The notes under the pieces were generated by a model. The model ran no database searches. It was not told the origin of the DNA and worked only from the letters and a program-made list of their open reading frames with translations. Below, in pieces: positions 48,017 through 60,089 of a DNA stretch of 64,000 nucleotides. The position numbers and the translations under genes were made by a program. The first letter of the stretch is position 1. Each line of letters starts with the position of its first letter. This stretch comes from Lophium mytilinum (Eukaryota), in NCBI GenBank assembly GCA_010093605.1, contig MU004193.1:1061520-1125519 (forward strand). Direction: 5' to 3'.

Positions 48017-49769
48017 CTATAACCGTTTGATCCGCGCTGCGTCCCAATTCCGTATCCGCTCACCGTAGAAAAACAGGAGCCAAGGCAAAGGAATCATAGC
48101 TATAGACAGAAACGCTAATAACGAATTCCCCCAGCCATACCCGAGCGAGTTGTACATCTTTGGTGCTGCCAAGGGAAGCACAGCTGCCATGATCGATCTA
48201 ACTATTACACAAGCTCCGACTGCAGAGGCGGCATAAACTGTGAAGGCGTCGATGAGGTAGGTTGTGAGGCTCATCTTTCTTCGTTAGCGTCTATCAATGA
48301 CTTTAGGCTGGCCGACATACGAAGAGCAACGAGTTGGCGAGTCCAATAAAGCCAGTGCCAGCAATGGGTAAGATCCAATGCGTCTTAGCCTGAGCCGTCC
48401 ATCCATACCAGAAAAGCGCAATCGGTGTCGAGATACCTCCTAAGAAAGCTGGCGGAAGTCTGAACTCTGGTTTCATTACACCGCCATTACGAGCGGCAAG
48501 TCCTTTGACAATCCGATCGCTGAAAAACGAAAACAGGGTAAGGCCGGTGAAGAATCCTACTCCCAGTCCGAGGTAGACCAGACCGACGACTCCAGGACCG
48601 AACCCGTATATTCTTTCAAATATGGGCGTCAGTGTGGCGAGTAGAAGGTAGAAGTATGAGAATGCAACGCCGATGTAGATGGAAAGTGAGGGAACAATGG
48701 CAGAAATTACGAGCATTTTGCCGGCTCGGAGTATGCCGTTCACGAAGTGCGCCCGTGGAGATAAGCCTGTGTCGAACGTGGTATAGAGAGCTTGGTTTCC
48801 TGTCTCTTTGCGTAGGCGCTTCGCTTTGCGGGATAGGAGCAACGGCATGTAGGATTCACGCCAGACGAGTAATGATACCAAAGTCAACGCTCCTTGCTAG
48901 AACCAATTAGCTCCCGTCCATGGCCTTTCTAGCCATCATGAAGACGGATAGTCTCTAGAGCAACGTACCAGAATGGCAAGAAGCCAAAAAGTCCATCTCC
49001 ATCCTTTAGCTTGCGAGAGGAATCCGCCAGCCACTGGACCAACGACAGGCGCTAGGAGTACCCCAACGGTGTAAAATCCCATAGCTCGCCCTCGCCTTTC
49101 TTGACGGACCATGTCTGCAATGAGAGCACCGCCATTCGTAAGAGGCACAGCCCCAAAGATTCCTTGAACAAGTCTGAAGCCTATCATCATCTCGAAGCTT
49201 GAAGAAACAGCACAAGCAATAGTCATAACAAGTAGTCCAATATTTCCGATATGTTGGATGATCATGCGTCCGTAGAGCTCTGCGAAAGGACCAAACACTA
49301 TGGGACCAGCAGCCATGCCCAGCACGTAAATCGTCACAACGAAAGTTCCAAGTGCCTGGTTGGTGGTATTGAATTCCTCCATGAGTGTTGGGACGGCAGG
49401 CGCAAACATACTTGACGCCAGGCCGCTGGTGAAGGCGGCAGCGCTGACTAGGACGATGAGCGTCCAGCGAGTCGATGATGGCCAATTGAGTGGGTTTTGA
49501 GGGTCTTCCGGCGAGTCCCAAGTGACTAAATTGGGATCGTGTCTCGACGCGTGCGATTCTGTCAGGATGATTGGCGGCGAGTCGCCCAGTGGCATAGACA
49601 CCTGAGCCTCGACGTCTATCGCGACATTTCCTCCTCTTTTCTCGGCTATGGCGTTGCCGTCATTCGTGGAGCCTACGGTTCGTATTGAAGATTCCTCTTC
49701 CTCGTGATCCGAGGTGTGTTCCTTGGTCTTGTCGAAATCATCGTCGCTGTCTTTGACGTCGAGCGACAT
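48017..49769 (-). CDS. MFS transporter, DHA1 (drug:H+ antiporter) family, 3 exons
   Basis: WDSPEDPQNPLNW, GPFAELYGR, IADMVRQERRGRAMG, GWRWTFW, ESYMPLLL..KA.RLRKETG, KPEFRLPP, YLIDAFT.YAASA, LGYGWGNSLLAF. Confidence 0.94.
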
Positions 49770-50911
49770 TATTTGAGATGGCCACGAGGTGAAGTCGATG
49801 TAGACTACAGATGTAATCCGGGGACCTGAGGCTTATATTCTCATTAACACACGATTGGCGAGTTCGTTCAATCAGGTGTAGATCTAACCCAAGTTATGTT
49901 AGGCTACTTTGTTTCCGCGTGCCGCATACCCGTGTTTTGTGTGGAGAACTCGGAAAAGCCGCCCGTCGGAAGTTGTGGGTGGAATCTGGGGTTACGCATC
50001 GCAACAACGTAGGACTTGAGAACATCGCGAAATAATACTCTACAGCTGTGCTGGAGGGCCTTTGGAAATGAATATTTGACGAAATAAATGGACGTAGACG
50101 ACTTCTTAGAAAATTATCGCGGCGGAATTGCCCATGGAAAGACTCGCCAAAGCATCTCCGAGGTCATTAGACCAGACGTTTAATACCTCTATTAGTACTA
50201 CTTACGACTTGAATTATGTTCTTCACCTTTGAATACCTCTAAACTCAGTGCGCTAGCACGGCAAACTTTTAGCATTGATGAGGTCTGCGATAGCTGGAGC
50301 CCTCGCAGACCTTCCACGGAAATCTTTTCTCTGCCTAATGGCTTCATCATAAGGAAAACCAAGCCATTCTGTTGTGCAAGAACAACTGAACGCAAAACAT
50401 ATTCAAGAAAACACGTCGAGGGGATGTATCCCTAGAGTTTGAGAAGTCTTCTTAGCTGGGTGCTCAGTTCAAAAGCCGCGGCATTTGAGCGCGGACTTTT
50501 GGGCTGAGAATCGGGCCGGTGTCTATGTCGGACCGCTGGATGCCATGCTCTGGCGTAGCCTTGACATGCTGCTATGCAAGAGGAGTCGTGTGAAAACAGT
50601 GGTAGTGTTTGAGGTTGATTGATGCTGGTTTTATGGTCTTTCGGGATGGTTAAGGAGGAAGGCGCCTGACCAAAAGGGTCTAGCTCTGCGGCGCGACTTC
50701 CTCGAGCCTCAATACTGCACAGCTCAATGACAACGACGCCCATTCACTGATCCCGTTACCATCCAGCCATCAATTGACATTCTAAACCTTACTCTTACAG
50801 GAGATATCTTGCTCTTGGGCCCAGTTTTCTCTACAGAGTGCCTACCAGAGAAGTCAAGGCGCATCCGACGAAACATCTGACTCGATTCAACGCACGAATA
50901 GCTCACAAGCA

Positions 50912-52055
50912 TCACGCTCCTCCTTTCTTCTTCTGCTCGGGAACCTGTGTCAGAAGCTTGCCCTTCTGGATAGCCTCTTTGATGTTGTCGAGTACTAACA
51001 CCTCCATATCGTACTAAGTTCAATTAGCGCAGATTCACACCAAGCATCGAAGCCCCTCCTACCTGTGTCTCAACCGTCGCGGTCCCTATATGTGGCAACA
51101 AAACCACGTTCTGATTCGACAACAGCTTCTCATGAATCGTCGGCTCTAGCTCATACACATCCAGCCCAGCCGACCACACGATCCCCTCATCAAGCGCCTT
51201 CACCAACGCCTCCTCATCGATCAGCGGGCCCCGTCCTGTGTTGATAACCGTGACGCCCTTCTTCATAATCTGGAACTGCGGCGTTGATATAATGTGTTTT
51301 GTAGAAGGGTTGAGCGCGAGATTGAGACTGAGCACATCGGACGTCTTGAGCAGCTCCTCGAAACTGACATACTTCGCACCGTTCTCCTCGCTGGCGGACA
51401 ATTGGGTCCGGTTGTGATACTGAATCTGCATACCGAAGGCTTTCGCGCGTGTAGCCACCGCCTTGCCGATGCCGCCCATGCCTAGGATGCCCAGAACTTT
51501 GTTTCTGGGGTCGTGGCCGAGTTGGAAGTCTGAGCCGCCGCGCCATTTGCCTATGACATATCAATATAACGATACCTTCATTTTTACAAATATAGACATG
51601 AGGGAAAGAGTCTTGAGGAAAAGAGCATTGATACCTTCCCGGATCGCTGTCCAACTATGCGTAATCCTCCGCAACGCCCCCAGCATCAGGAAGATCGCCA
51701 CATCCGCCGTAGCATCGTTGACAGCCACCGGCGTGCTGGACACACTAATCCCCCTCTTCGTGCACGCCTCTACCTCGATATTGTCGTAACCCGCGCCATT
51801 ATGACAAATGTACTTTAGACTCTCCGGCAGCACATCAATAACCTCCTTGTTGAAACTACCCGTGATCTTGTTCGAATCGTTGCTGCGGTACAACGCCACC
51901 ACACCATCGAATTCGCCAGAGCGGCATTTCGAAATGAAGTCCTCACGTGAGCCAGTTTCGGGGTAGTCTACAAGCGTGGCGATGCTGCTGAGGGCTTGCC
52001 ATTCTGAGGTGGCGTGGGCGAGGGAGCCGATTAGGAGGGCTTTGGGGGAAGACAT
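50912..52055 (-). CDS. D-isomer-specific 2-hydroxyacid dehydrogenase (glyoxylate reductase-like), 3 exons
   Basis: HNGAGYDNI, DATADVAIFLMLGALR, LGILGMGGIG, INTGRG, GLDVYE.EP, LLPHIGTAT; introns 51551-51634 and 51014-51062. Confidence 0.94.
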
Positions 52056-52994
52056 GTCGAATGATTAAGGTTTGCGGGAGACGAAAAGGGGGAGGGGGAG
52101 TTGTGATAGTATTTATAATATATATCGGAAGACGACTTTTTTATTTCTACTTTTGTAGATGCCGCGAATGACGGCATTCTCTCCGGCCCGCCCGCTATAG
52201 TTGCCGACCCGAAGTTGAGGAGTTTGGTTCGGTTTGGTGGTGGCACACGATTGAATTGATTCCTCATGTACTTCAGAGTATATGGTATATGTTGTTTCTA
52301 TTCCAATAGAGGGAGATATGTGGCCATCTTGCAAATTTAAAGACTTGAGCACTGATTATAACACGAAATGTACACGAAATGCAGCTAGTTTCTTCAATGC
52401 AGATTCAATTGTTCATGAGTTTCAAAAGATCAGAGGGGGGTTACTACCAGTATCAGTCTATGAAGATATGGACGGTATTGTATGATAGAGTATCGTGGGA
52501 ATGTCCTGTCTCGAAGTAGCAGCTTTCGGCACGCCTTTCCCCAGCATCTCGGCGAAAATTTCCAATTCTCCGCACTTAAGTCACTTGTACCAGCTACTCC
52601 AAGTGGACCAAACCCTCTAAATAAGCCAAGTGAATCCAGAATACAACTAGGAACGCCAATTCCGTCTGTTCTCGAAAAAGCGAGAGCTCTAAAACACAAG
52701 GTGCCTGATTGGGTAGAGTATGGGAACTATCTTTGTTGACGACCAGTCAAATTTCTTATCAATCCCACTTCTGACCACAGTTTCAATCCGTCTTCATATA
52801 GATTCTGCGAACTTGAATCCATGAACAAAGAAAGAGGCAAATAATGAGGTGACAGGGGTGGCCAATCCATGCAGAAGGATCTCGCGTGACTCACGAAGAT
52901 CACACATGACATCAGCCGGATCACATCAGAACCTCAACCCTTCCTCCAAGGGCTCCTCTTTTACAACCCCAACATCTGCTCTTGAAAATAGTAT

Positions 52995-53992
52995 ATGGAC
53001 ATCCCAGAAACCGCAAGTCTGTTCATCACGATCGATCGTACGACCGAGGACTCCGTTGGACCCCATGTCGCCCAACTGCTCAACCTTCAAAATGCCCATC
53101 CTATCAGCATCCCTGAAAAGGACGTCCAAGCCGATAGCGCAGAAATAGAAGAAAACGCTTGTACTGATGTATTCCGCCACAAGAAGAAGTCCGCGAAAGC
53201 AAAAACCAAGAAATCGTATACCCTAGTCGCTGATTTCGAGGCTCGGTTGTCCCAGGTAGCCTCCTCTACCACCTCTAAGCAGGATGTATCAGCCGGCAGC
53301 TTGTTGCGTACTGAGGTAGTGCCTACGAACTTTCCAAGTCCGGTGCTCACCCATATCGGGCGCAAGAAGACCATCTTCACGAATATCGCCGCGGTGGCTG
53401 AGGCTTTGCGGAGGGAGGAGGCACATTTGTAAGTCTCGTCATAAGGATTTTAGGGAGATTGATCTGGGCTGACTTGGATTCACTAGGATCGCATTCCTTA
53501 TCTGGGAACTCGGGACCAATGGCAAGCCAGATGATAAAGGGAAGCTCGTCATCAAGGGAATCTTCCAGCAGCGGCAGGTTGAGAAGGTGATTGGGCGGTA
53601 TCGGGAGGTGTATGGTAAGCTCCGAATACATTTTGTGGTTGGTTATGAGGGAGGGCTAACGCGTCTGGTAGTGACATGCAAGTCATGCGGCGTAGATGAT
53701 ACTGTTCTCACTATGGAGGATGAGCAATTGAAGATGCCAAAGCAGCCATGGTCGGGGAGCAAGTTTGTTGTAATTGTAAGCGTATTCCTCTTGGAGACTT
53801 GGGCAATAGGTTTTGGCTGACTTAGCTGGGAAGTGTAATGCTTGCGGAAGTGAAAGCATAGTTCCGGTAAGTTTTAGAGGTAGTTTTTTCTTAGACAATG
53901 ACTGATAACATTTGCAGCGCATCCGTTCAGGAGGTTGTCGAGGACTCACGGTCGGACATCGTCGAACGGTGCAAGAATTGAGGAAACAATAA
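52995..53992 (+). CDS. Divergent eIF2-beta/eIF5-domain protein (SUI3-like paralog), 5 exons
   Basis: Predicted introns 53429-53486, 53615-53671, 53776-53833, 53867-53917 give P.L.HIGRKKTIFTNIAAVAEALRREEAHLIAFLIWELGTNG...[30 protein letters not shown]...CNACGS...RIRSG, colinear with the eIF2-beta C-terminal domain. Confidence 0.82.
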
Positions 53993-54135
53993 TGAACGCG
54001 CTCATTGGGGCTAGGGCGTCGGATTGTTCTTCTCGTCACCATTCGCTTATTATGAATCTCAAGCCAGGTTTATGGTATCGTTCGAGTGCTTAAAAGACGC
54101 CTAGATGGATAGGTACCGAAGAAAGCGGATCCTGA

Positions 54136-54390
54136 CACGCGGGTGACACAAAAACCGGTACACCAAAACCTCTTATCGTTTTCAGAACACGATTACACCC
54201 CAACCGTCTGAAGGACCAATATCTTGAAAGCAATTGAAAATACTGTTGAGAAGCAGCTCTATCCACCAGTCCAAGTTTTGTACACTTATACCAAGTAGTG
54301 GTGGCTGTAGATTGCTTTACTTTAAGGTCTATTTCGCTGACCTAAGCGATTTTGGTGGTTTGGTGTACCGCTTTTTCTGTCACCCGCGTG
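54136..54390. mobile_element. MITE-like non-autonomous element, 255 bp
   Basis: Left end cacgcgggtgacacaaaaaccggtacaccaaa versus reverse complement of right end cacgcgggtgacagaaaaagcggtacaccaaa (30/32 identical); AT-rich non-coding interior; no clear TSD. Confidence 0.75.
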
Positions 54391-54597
54391 CCTGATTTCC
54401 TCGCAATTGTGAATTGGCTAGGTACGAATGAGACTATCAAACTGGATAGAGATCTTTCATCGACTTGAGCCCCTCTGTGAACTGCAGCTAGCTAGCGTCT
54501 ATGAGGTTTGCACACATGCATACGCTCTGGAGACACCCCCACGAGTTTCATACTCGAGACCACAAGATGCGACGATCTTGTGAGTCTAAATCAGAAC

Positions 54598-55703
54598 TCA
54601 GTCTTCCCCAACGCGGAACAAAGCCTCCACAACCTTGACATCCCTCCCACACCTCTCAAGCGTCTCCTTAACCGCCTCTCCCACACTGACAACTTCCACG
54701 CCGACAAGCTCGTTCTCCACCAAATGCCAAAAGTCCGAATGGCTCTCCTCCTCGTTGAAGTTCGAGTTAACCGTCATTCCCTTCATCCACTTTCCAATGT
54801 CCCCTCTCTTCCCCGCCTCCTCCGCTTCCAGCTTGATCTTCTTCACGTCGACGTGCGTGACCTCGAACTTCCCGACTTGCTCCTCCAGCGCCGCAAGCAA
54901 TGCATTCTGCGACAACCCTTTGACGCCAGAAATAAAGACCGCCCGGTTAAGAATCGGGTCCGGGTTGCGCAGCATGTTCGCCGCTGCGCGTCCCATAACC
55001 GGCAATGGCGTCCAACAAGCCTGATTGTCGCCGGTGCCGTAGATACGAGCCAGACGGTTCGGGATATCGAAGCCCGCGGGACCTTTCGTGAGCCCTGTGA
55101 AACATCAGAACATGCTCAAGCCCCACGAGTTCTCCAAACCAAGAGTATTATAGTAATAGCGATGATGATACTCACACATATCGAAAAAAGGCCCACCATT
55201 CAATGCCGTCCAACTAATTTCGCCCTTCGCACTGCGCTCCTCCAACATCGCCCTCACTGCGATCTTATCCCCCACGAACTGCGCCGGCATGGCGACGTAC
55301 GCCGGGTTGCGGATATCGGAGACATACTCGTCTGCGAAAAAGAGCTTCACGCCTGCCGCGATGGCGGCGTCTAAGAGTAGCTTCTGGGAGTCGAGGCGGA
55401 CGGCGCCGCCGGGGATGCAGATGGCGATGGCATCCTGGCCGCTCAAGGCGGCGATCAAAGAGTCCAGAGAGGTGAAATCTACCTCTGTAACTTTGATATC
55501 CGGGGATTGCGGCGTGTAGGGGGAGTTTGGACGGGTCAAGGCCGTGATGGTGAATTCGGTTGGGTCGGCGAGGAGTTCGGTGATCAGGGCGGTGCCGACG
55601 TTGCCGCGGGGCTGGGAGCTGGGTGGTTAGATGGTGCTGCTTGAGATACTTCCCTGTGGTGGTGAGTTGTTACCCCGACAATGGCGATGGTTTTGATGTG
55701 CAT
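54598..55703 (-). CDS. NmrA-like / isoflavone-reductase-family NAD(P)-binding protein, 3 exons
   Basis: IAIVG|PRGNVG Rossmann start, ITALTR, QKLLLDAAIAAGVKLF..EY, WTALNGGPFFDMWL..GFDI; introns 55612-55673 and 55095-55175. Confidence 0.9.
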
Positions 55704-56571
55704 GGTGATGTTAGGGATTGGATGGGTTTAAAACGTGAATTGATAGGAGATGACTTAATTGATGGATGGATGAGATGAGCAGATGAATTTGGATACTTGG
55801 GACCCTTTTCTTTTATATCGGAGTTTAGTGTAGGTGGTTTACTCGTTCCTTGTGATGCCTGATGGTTGCCTGAGAGGACTCTTACATGGTAGAGAAGCTA
55901 TTCCTAAGGCAGCGCGCTACGGATTCGAATACCCGAATCCGTCGCGATCTCTGCTTCCCCTTAGCCTTTGAGAGAGTCGATTATCAATCTCTATGTCCTA
56001 TTACCGACTAAAGCCTTCATTCAGTAGATGCGTCTGCTCATTGCCTTTCAAGCTGATGTCGTTTCAACCAATTCAACGCAAACCATTTCTCATCGACGAA
56101 AGGTGTAAGTCGCGTTCGAGACCGCCACCACCATGGCACAGAAAGATTGATTCCAAGCCTTTTGAACGTGTTGAGGCAAGCTTATCAGACGCGCAAAGAT
56201 GGAGGAAGAGCTTTGGCGTTCATCTGAACCAAGTCACGTGATGATTCCTCTGACGTGCAATCTTTCTTTCTTAGATCTCTGGACGCTGCATAGCTTTATT
56301 CTAAACACCATCGCATCACGATCTTTAGTGAATCCTGAATAGCTTATCTGGCCGGTTGGATACTCTGTATCTACCTAGGTATCACCAGCCTCGTAATCGT
56401 CAATGCAGGCAGGGCGTTACCTACTAGGGATATTCCAGCTCTCTCCTCTCTCCTCACTCTTCTTCTCTTCAACATCACGATCGTCTCATTCATCTCATTC
56501 ATCTCACTTCAAACTGGAAGACCTGCTAGGTTCATTCGCCGGAAAAGTCAGCTGCATCCAGCGACCTCACC

Positions 56572-57765
56572 ATGCCTGTCACCATCAGGCCCAGTCCTGA
56601 ACGTTCGGGGCACAACATCGACCGACCCGTCCACTCTACCGAAGCCCTTCTTTCCAACACATCCGAAGCATGGGCGCCACCCCAAGGATTTTCCGGCAGA
56701 TTCTTCGACACCGGCAAAGAAGCTGAGACTCGGAAGATCCTCGCGTCCTCCTTTGACGACTTGAACGCCAATAGCACCACCCTCCTGATCCCATACGGAA
56801 ACGGGCTAGTTAACGGCATTATCCGCGCCTTCCAGCAAGATCTGCACCTCGTACTGCGACCGGATGATATATGGCTGTCCATCCTCACGCAGTTCAACAT
56901 GTATGTGAACGCGAATGCTGAAAAATTGCGGCGGCTCTTCGTAGCTCATGAAGGGAAGAAAGAGCTTGTTATCGACGTTCGCCCAGCAACTATCGCGCAG
57001 CTCGATTTCGGCAAGCTGTCTCAAGATATGGCCGACCTGATCGGGAAGAACGTCGTGGATCCCGAGCTCAAACGTTGGATCATGCCGCGCTTCACCACCA
57101 CAACCCACGACGATAAATCCGTCGCCGCTATGGTCATGATGGGCACGTTGCAGAAATATTTCGATTACACTGCCCTGGGCGGCTGCGGCTTCCCATCCGT
57201 CACTTTGATGGGCGAGCAGGCAGATTGGGAGGAGATCCTCCGCAGAGTCAAGAGGCTTCCCAGATACGGCCCGGAGACGGCAGAATGGAGCAGCCTGCTC
57301 GTTCCAATCATCAGGCGCTTCATCGCCACCTTCTCTGCCCCAGACTCTCAAGCACTCAAAGACTTCTGGCTTCGCGTTCACCACTCCGCTGGTGTGGATG
57401 GAAGCGGGGAACGCGAGACCTATTCGGGCTGGATCACTGCCTTCTGCTTCTGGCATCACCATAAGTATACCCGGAAGATAATGCGGGTTGAAAGCGTGCC
57501 GCACGATCTGGATGGGGTAGATCGCAAGCAGTTGGTTCTCGACGGCGTCGCTTATCCCATTATTGCGCCGGAGAGCATTCCTGATGGAGTGGTGTCTGTT
57601 CCCGTTAAGGTCAAGGACTTCGCTGAAGAGATCGAGTATGCAACGACGTTCATCGCGGGATCGGTAGGAATGACCGGTATGCCTTCTGGTGGACGGCTTT
57701 CGACTGTTCAGCCAAGGTCTGGATGGTGGATGCTGCAAGATTCCTGCAAGCCGCTGGGGTCCTAA
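56572..57765 (+). CDS. DUF4419-family protein
   Basis: NGLV...AFQQDLHLVLRPDDIWLSILTQF..YVNANAE.LR..FV.HEGKKEL, P.FTTTT..D, MG.LQKYFDY, CGFPSVTL.GE..DW, SGWITAF. Confidence 0.88.
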   Translation: MPVTIRPSPERSGHNIDRPVHSTEALLSNTSEAWAPPQGFSGRFFDTGKEAETRKILASSFDDLNANSTTLLIPYGNGLVNGIIRAFQQDLHLVLRPDDIWLSILTQFNMYVNANAEKLRRLFVAHEGKKELVIDVRPATIAQLDFGKLSQDMADLIGKNVVDPELKRWIMPRFTTTTHDDKSVAAMVMMGTLQKYFDYTALGGCGFPSVTLMGEQADWEEILRRVKRLPRYGPETAEWSSLLVPIIRRFIATFSAPDSQALKDFWLRVHHSAGVDGSGERETYSGWITAFCFWHHHKYTRKIMRVESVPHDLDGVDRKQLVLDGVAYPIIAPESIPDGVVSVPVKVKDFAEEIEYATTFIAGSVGMTGMPSGGRLSTVQPRSGWWMLQDSCKPLGS

Positions 57766-57966
57766 ACGTGCACTTTCTACAGACAATACCCCTCTCCCGA
57801 CTCGTGGATCTCAGTTGGGCCTTCCTGCTCTCTATATCATGCCCATCCGGAAATCATTATGGGCGGCGGGTCATGAGGGCTTATCAAAGTGCGCACAAAC
57901 CAAATAGTTGCAATTTGAAGGGCGGTATACCTTGTCTTATTAGTCCAAAACCCAATCTCAAGGTTA

Positions 57967-58137
57967 TCGGGCTTTCTACCGCAGGCTATCAAAATTATCT
58001 GGGAGAATAAGATTCTCATTGGGCGGAAGGGCCAGGCGGGAGAGCTCAAGAGAGCTTTTTCATATTTGGCCAGTGATGCGTCGAGTTATGCTACTGGAGG
58101 GGACATTATGGTCGACCGGGGTTATTGCTTGCCTTGA
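57967..58137 (+). pseudogene. Orphan 3' fragment of a short-chain dehydrogenase (L-xylulose/sorbose/mannitol reductase-like)
   Basis: SGFLPQAIKIIWENKILIGRKGQAGELKRAFSYLASDASSYATGGDIMVDRGYCLP* matches the SDR tail pattern W..KIPMGR.G...ELKGAYLYLASDASSY.TG.DI.VDGGY; no N-terminal part upstream. Confidence 0.8.
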
Positions 58138-58454
58138 GAGGGGATGAATGGCTGGTTGGGTATGCTTTCTGGAGGATGTGTTTTCGGCCGATTTCTACTA
58201 TCTCTTGATTCTGGATCTCGATTGCGGGTCATCTGCTAAGTTCTGGATTATATAGTCTCAAAGCGCTTTGCTCCAGGCTTCCTTTTTTAATGAAAGTTGC
58301 GACTCTCAGGCCGCTACACCGTTGCTTGAAGTGAGTTCCCCAACTTGAACGCATCCCACAGAGTCTGGTTATGGATTGTGGATTCATAACAAGGCCGTTA
58401 AGAATTAACATGTCTCATGTAACGGCTTCTAGACTATGAGGTGCATTCCAATAT

Positions 58455-60089
58455 CTACAATGGATCCCCCTTATCTGCATAGTACTTCTCAGACTGCAAT
58501 CTCCTCGCTTCTGACGATTCAATGGCCTTCTTTACCATTTCCAGTTCCTCTTCCATCTCTTTCTTCACAGTAACAGCATTCGGCCGCAGCTCACGCATCC
58601 GCTGCTTGATCAAGGCAAGGTGCTCCTTCTCCTGCACTAGAAACTCGTTCGACCTAGCAACACTCTCCTGCTCCCGCTCCCGTTCACCATGCCTCGGTAA
58701 CGGCGTACAGCCTCGTTCAGCACACAGCCGGTCGACTTCGTTCCTCGAGCTCTGGACGGCTGTGTCGAGGAAGATCAATTTTGCTTCTTGGATCTTGAGG
58801 TCCTTCCTGAAGCCCTCTTTCTGCTCCGCCGTCGTGTCCTTTGAAGCAATCCAACTACGGGTCCCACTTATGCTGCTGTGCTGCGACTCCAACACCGATT
58901 CCAACTCTCGCAACTCCCAGAGCGGTAGATCCTCATCCGTCAAACATACACCGCCAGGACAGAGCCTCTCAGCCTTCAACTCTGCCTTCTGAAGATTCCG
59001 GATCCGTCTTTGATCGTTATAATCCTCTTTCCAAAGCGCGAACTCAATAGAATCCCGCTGATCGTCCGTCTCTGCCAAACTAAGATCATGGCGTAGGCGC
59101 TCAATGCGCAGATCGGCATATTTACCCCAGCTCTTTAGCGTCTCCACCTCCTGTAGAGGCTGCTCGGAAGAATATTTGCACCGATTCCTCGCTTCCAACC
59201 GCACCATCCCAACCTCAAAAGCATCACTATCAAAACTCCCAGGCCATCCACACTTCCTATAAAGCGCCCTCAACGCCTCCTCCTCCCAGAACCCGGAACT
59301 GTGCTCCCCACCCCCAGGGATCTCCTCCAGGCTCACATAACGCGCGACCACATCCCTCAAGAAGTCCCCCGCAGGCCGACTGGGCACATGGTCATAGTTC
59401 ATCCGATTCGCCGACACCGGCTCCCCGGCCTCGACATCCCTAAGCGCCCAGTCCGTACTCTCGCCGGACTCCTGATCGATGATCCAGATGCGATGTTTGC
59501 GCGCATCGTAGATGATCACGCTCTGGTGGTTCCCCAGCAAGCTCAGCGGCGTCACCCACGGGCGGATGTACTCGCCGTCCTCGCCGTCCCAGTCGCCCTT
59601 ACCGCCGTTGCTCTCCCACCCCGAGTACAGCGGGTCCCGGCTCTGCCGCACGTCGTCTTCGGCGCGGAAGTCGGCGAATTCGCCGCCGTGGATGAAGTCG
59701 GGGCTCTCGACCGCAGTCTTGTCCACGTACGGTAGTAGCTGGTGGAGGCGGATGACGAGCGGGTCCAATGAGTACTCGGCGGCGAGGGTGAGGTTGATGC
59801 CTGGGTTGGTGTGCGGGGCGCGCTTGATGGCCGAGGCGGGCATGTAGCGCATTTTGGCGAGCGTGGTGTAGATCTCGTCCATCAAGTCGGCGACTTCCTG
59901 GAGGTTGGCCTCGGCGCTTGGGCGGGGCGTGGGGATGGTGGACATGATGGAGGCGGAGTTGTTGTAGACGACCAAGAGCACTAGGACGAGAAGAATGAGA
60001 AAGGTTCGTAGACGTGGTGTTCGGCGTCGGGGGAGTGGGTTTGAGGTTGGATTTGGGAGTGGTGAGTATCGTTTTGTATGGCTGGACAT
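58455..60089 (-). CDS. Uncharacterised fungal protein: possible N-terminal TM anchor, conserved globular domain, C-terminal coiled coil
   Basis: 544-aa intronless ORF; EIYTTLAKMRY...I..APH...LDP.VI.L..LLPYVD and RPWVTPLS motifs recall a fungal uncharacterised family; alternative start MSTIP at 59945. Confidence 0.75.
   Translation of the reverse strand: MSSHTKRYSPLPNPTSNPLPRRRTPRLRTFLILLVLVLLVVYNNSASIMSTIPTPRPSAEANLQEVADLMDEIYTTLAKMRYMPASAIKRAPHTNPGINLTLAAEYSLDPLVIRLHQLLPYVDKTAVESPDFIHGGEFADFRAEDDVRQSRDPLYSGWESNGGKGDWDGEDGEYIRPWVTPLSLLGNHQSVIIYDARKHRIWIIDQESGESTDWALRDVEAGEPVSANRMNYDHVPSRPAGDFLRDVVARYVSLEEIPGGGEHSSGFWEEEALRALYRKCGWPGSFDSDAFEVGMVRLEARNRCKYSSEQPLQEVETLKSWGKYADLRIERLRHDLSLAETDDQRDSIEFALWKEDYNDQRRIRNLQKAELKAERLCPGGVCLTDEDLPLWELRELESVLESQHSSISGTRSWIASKDTTAEQKEGFRKDLKIQEAKLIFLDTAVQSSRNEVDRLCAERGCTPLPRHGEREREQESVARSNEFLVQEKEHLALIKQRMRELRPNAVTVKKEMEEELEMVKKAIESSEARRLQSEKYYADKGDPL

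Noticed and set aside
52430..52924. Short ORFs between the dehydrogenase and the eIF2-beta-like gene
   Set aside because: No recognisable similarity or consistent exon structure
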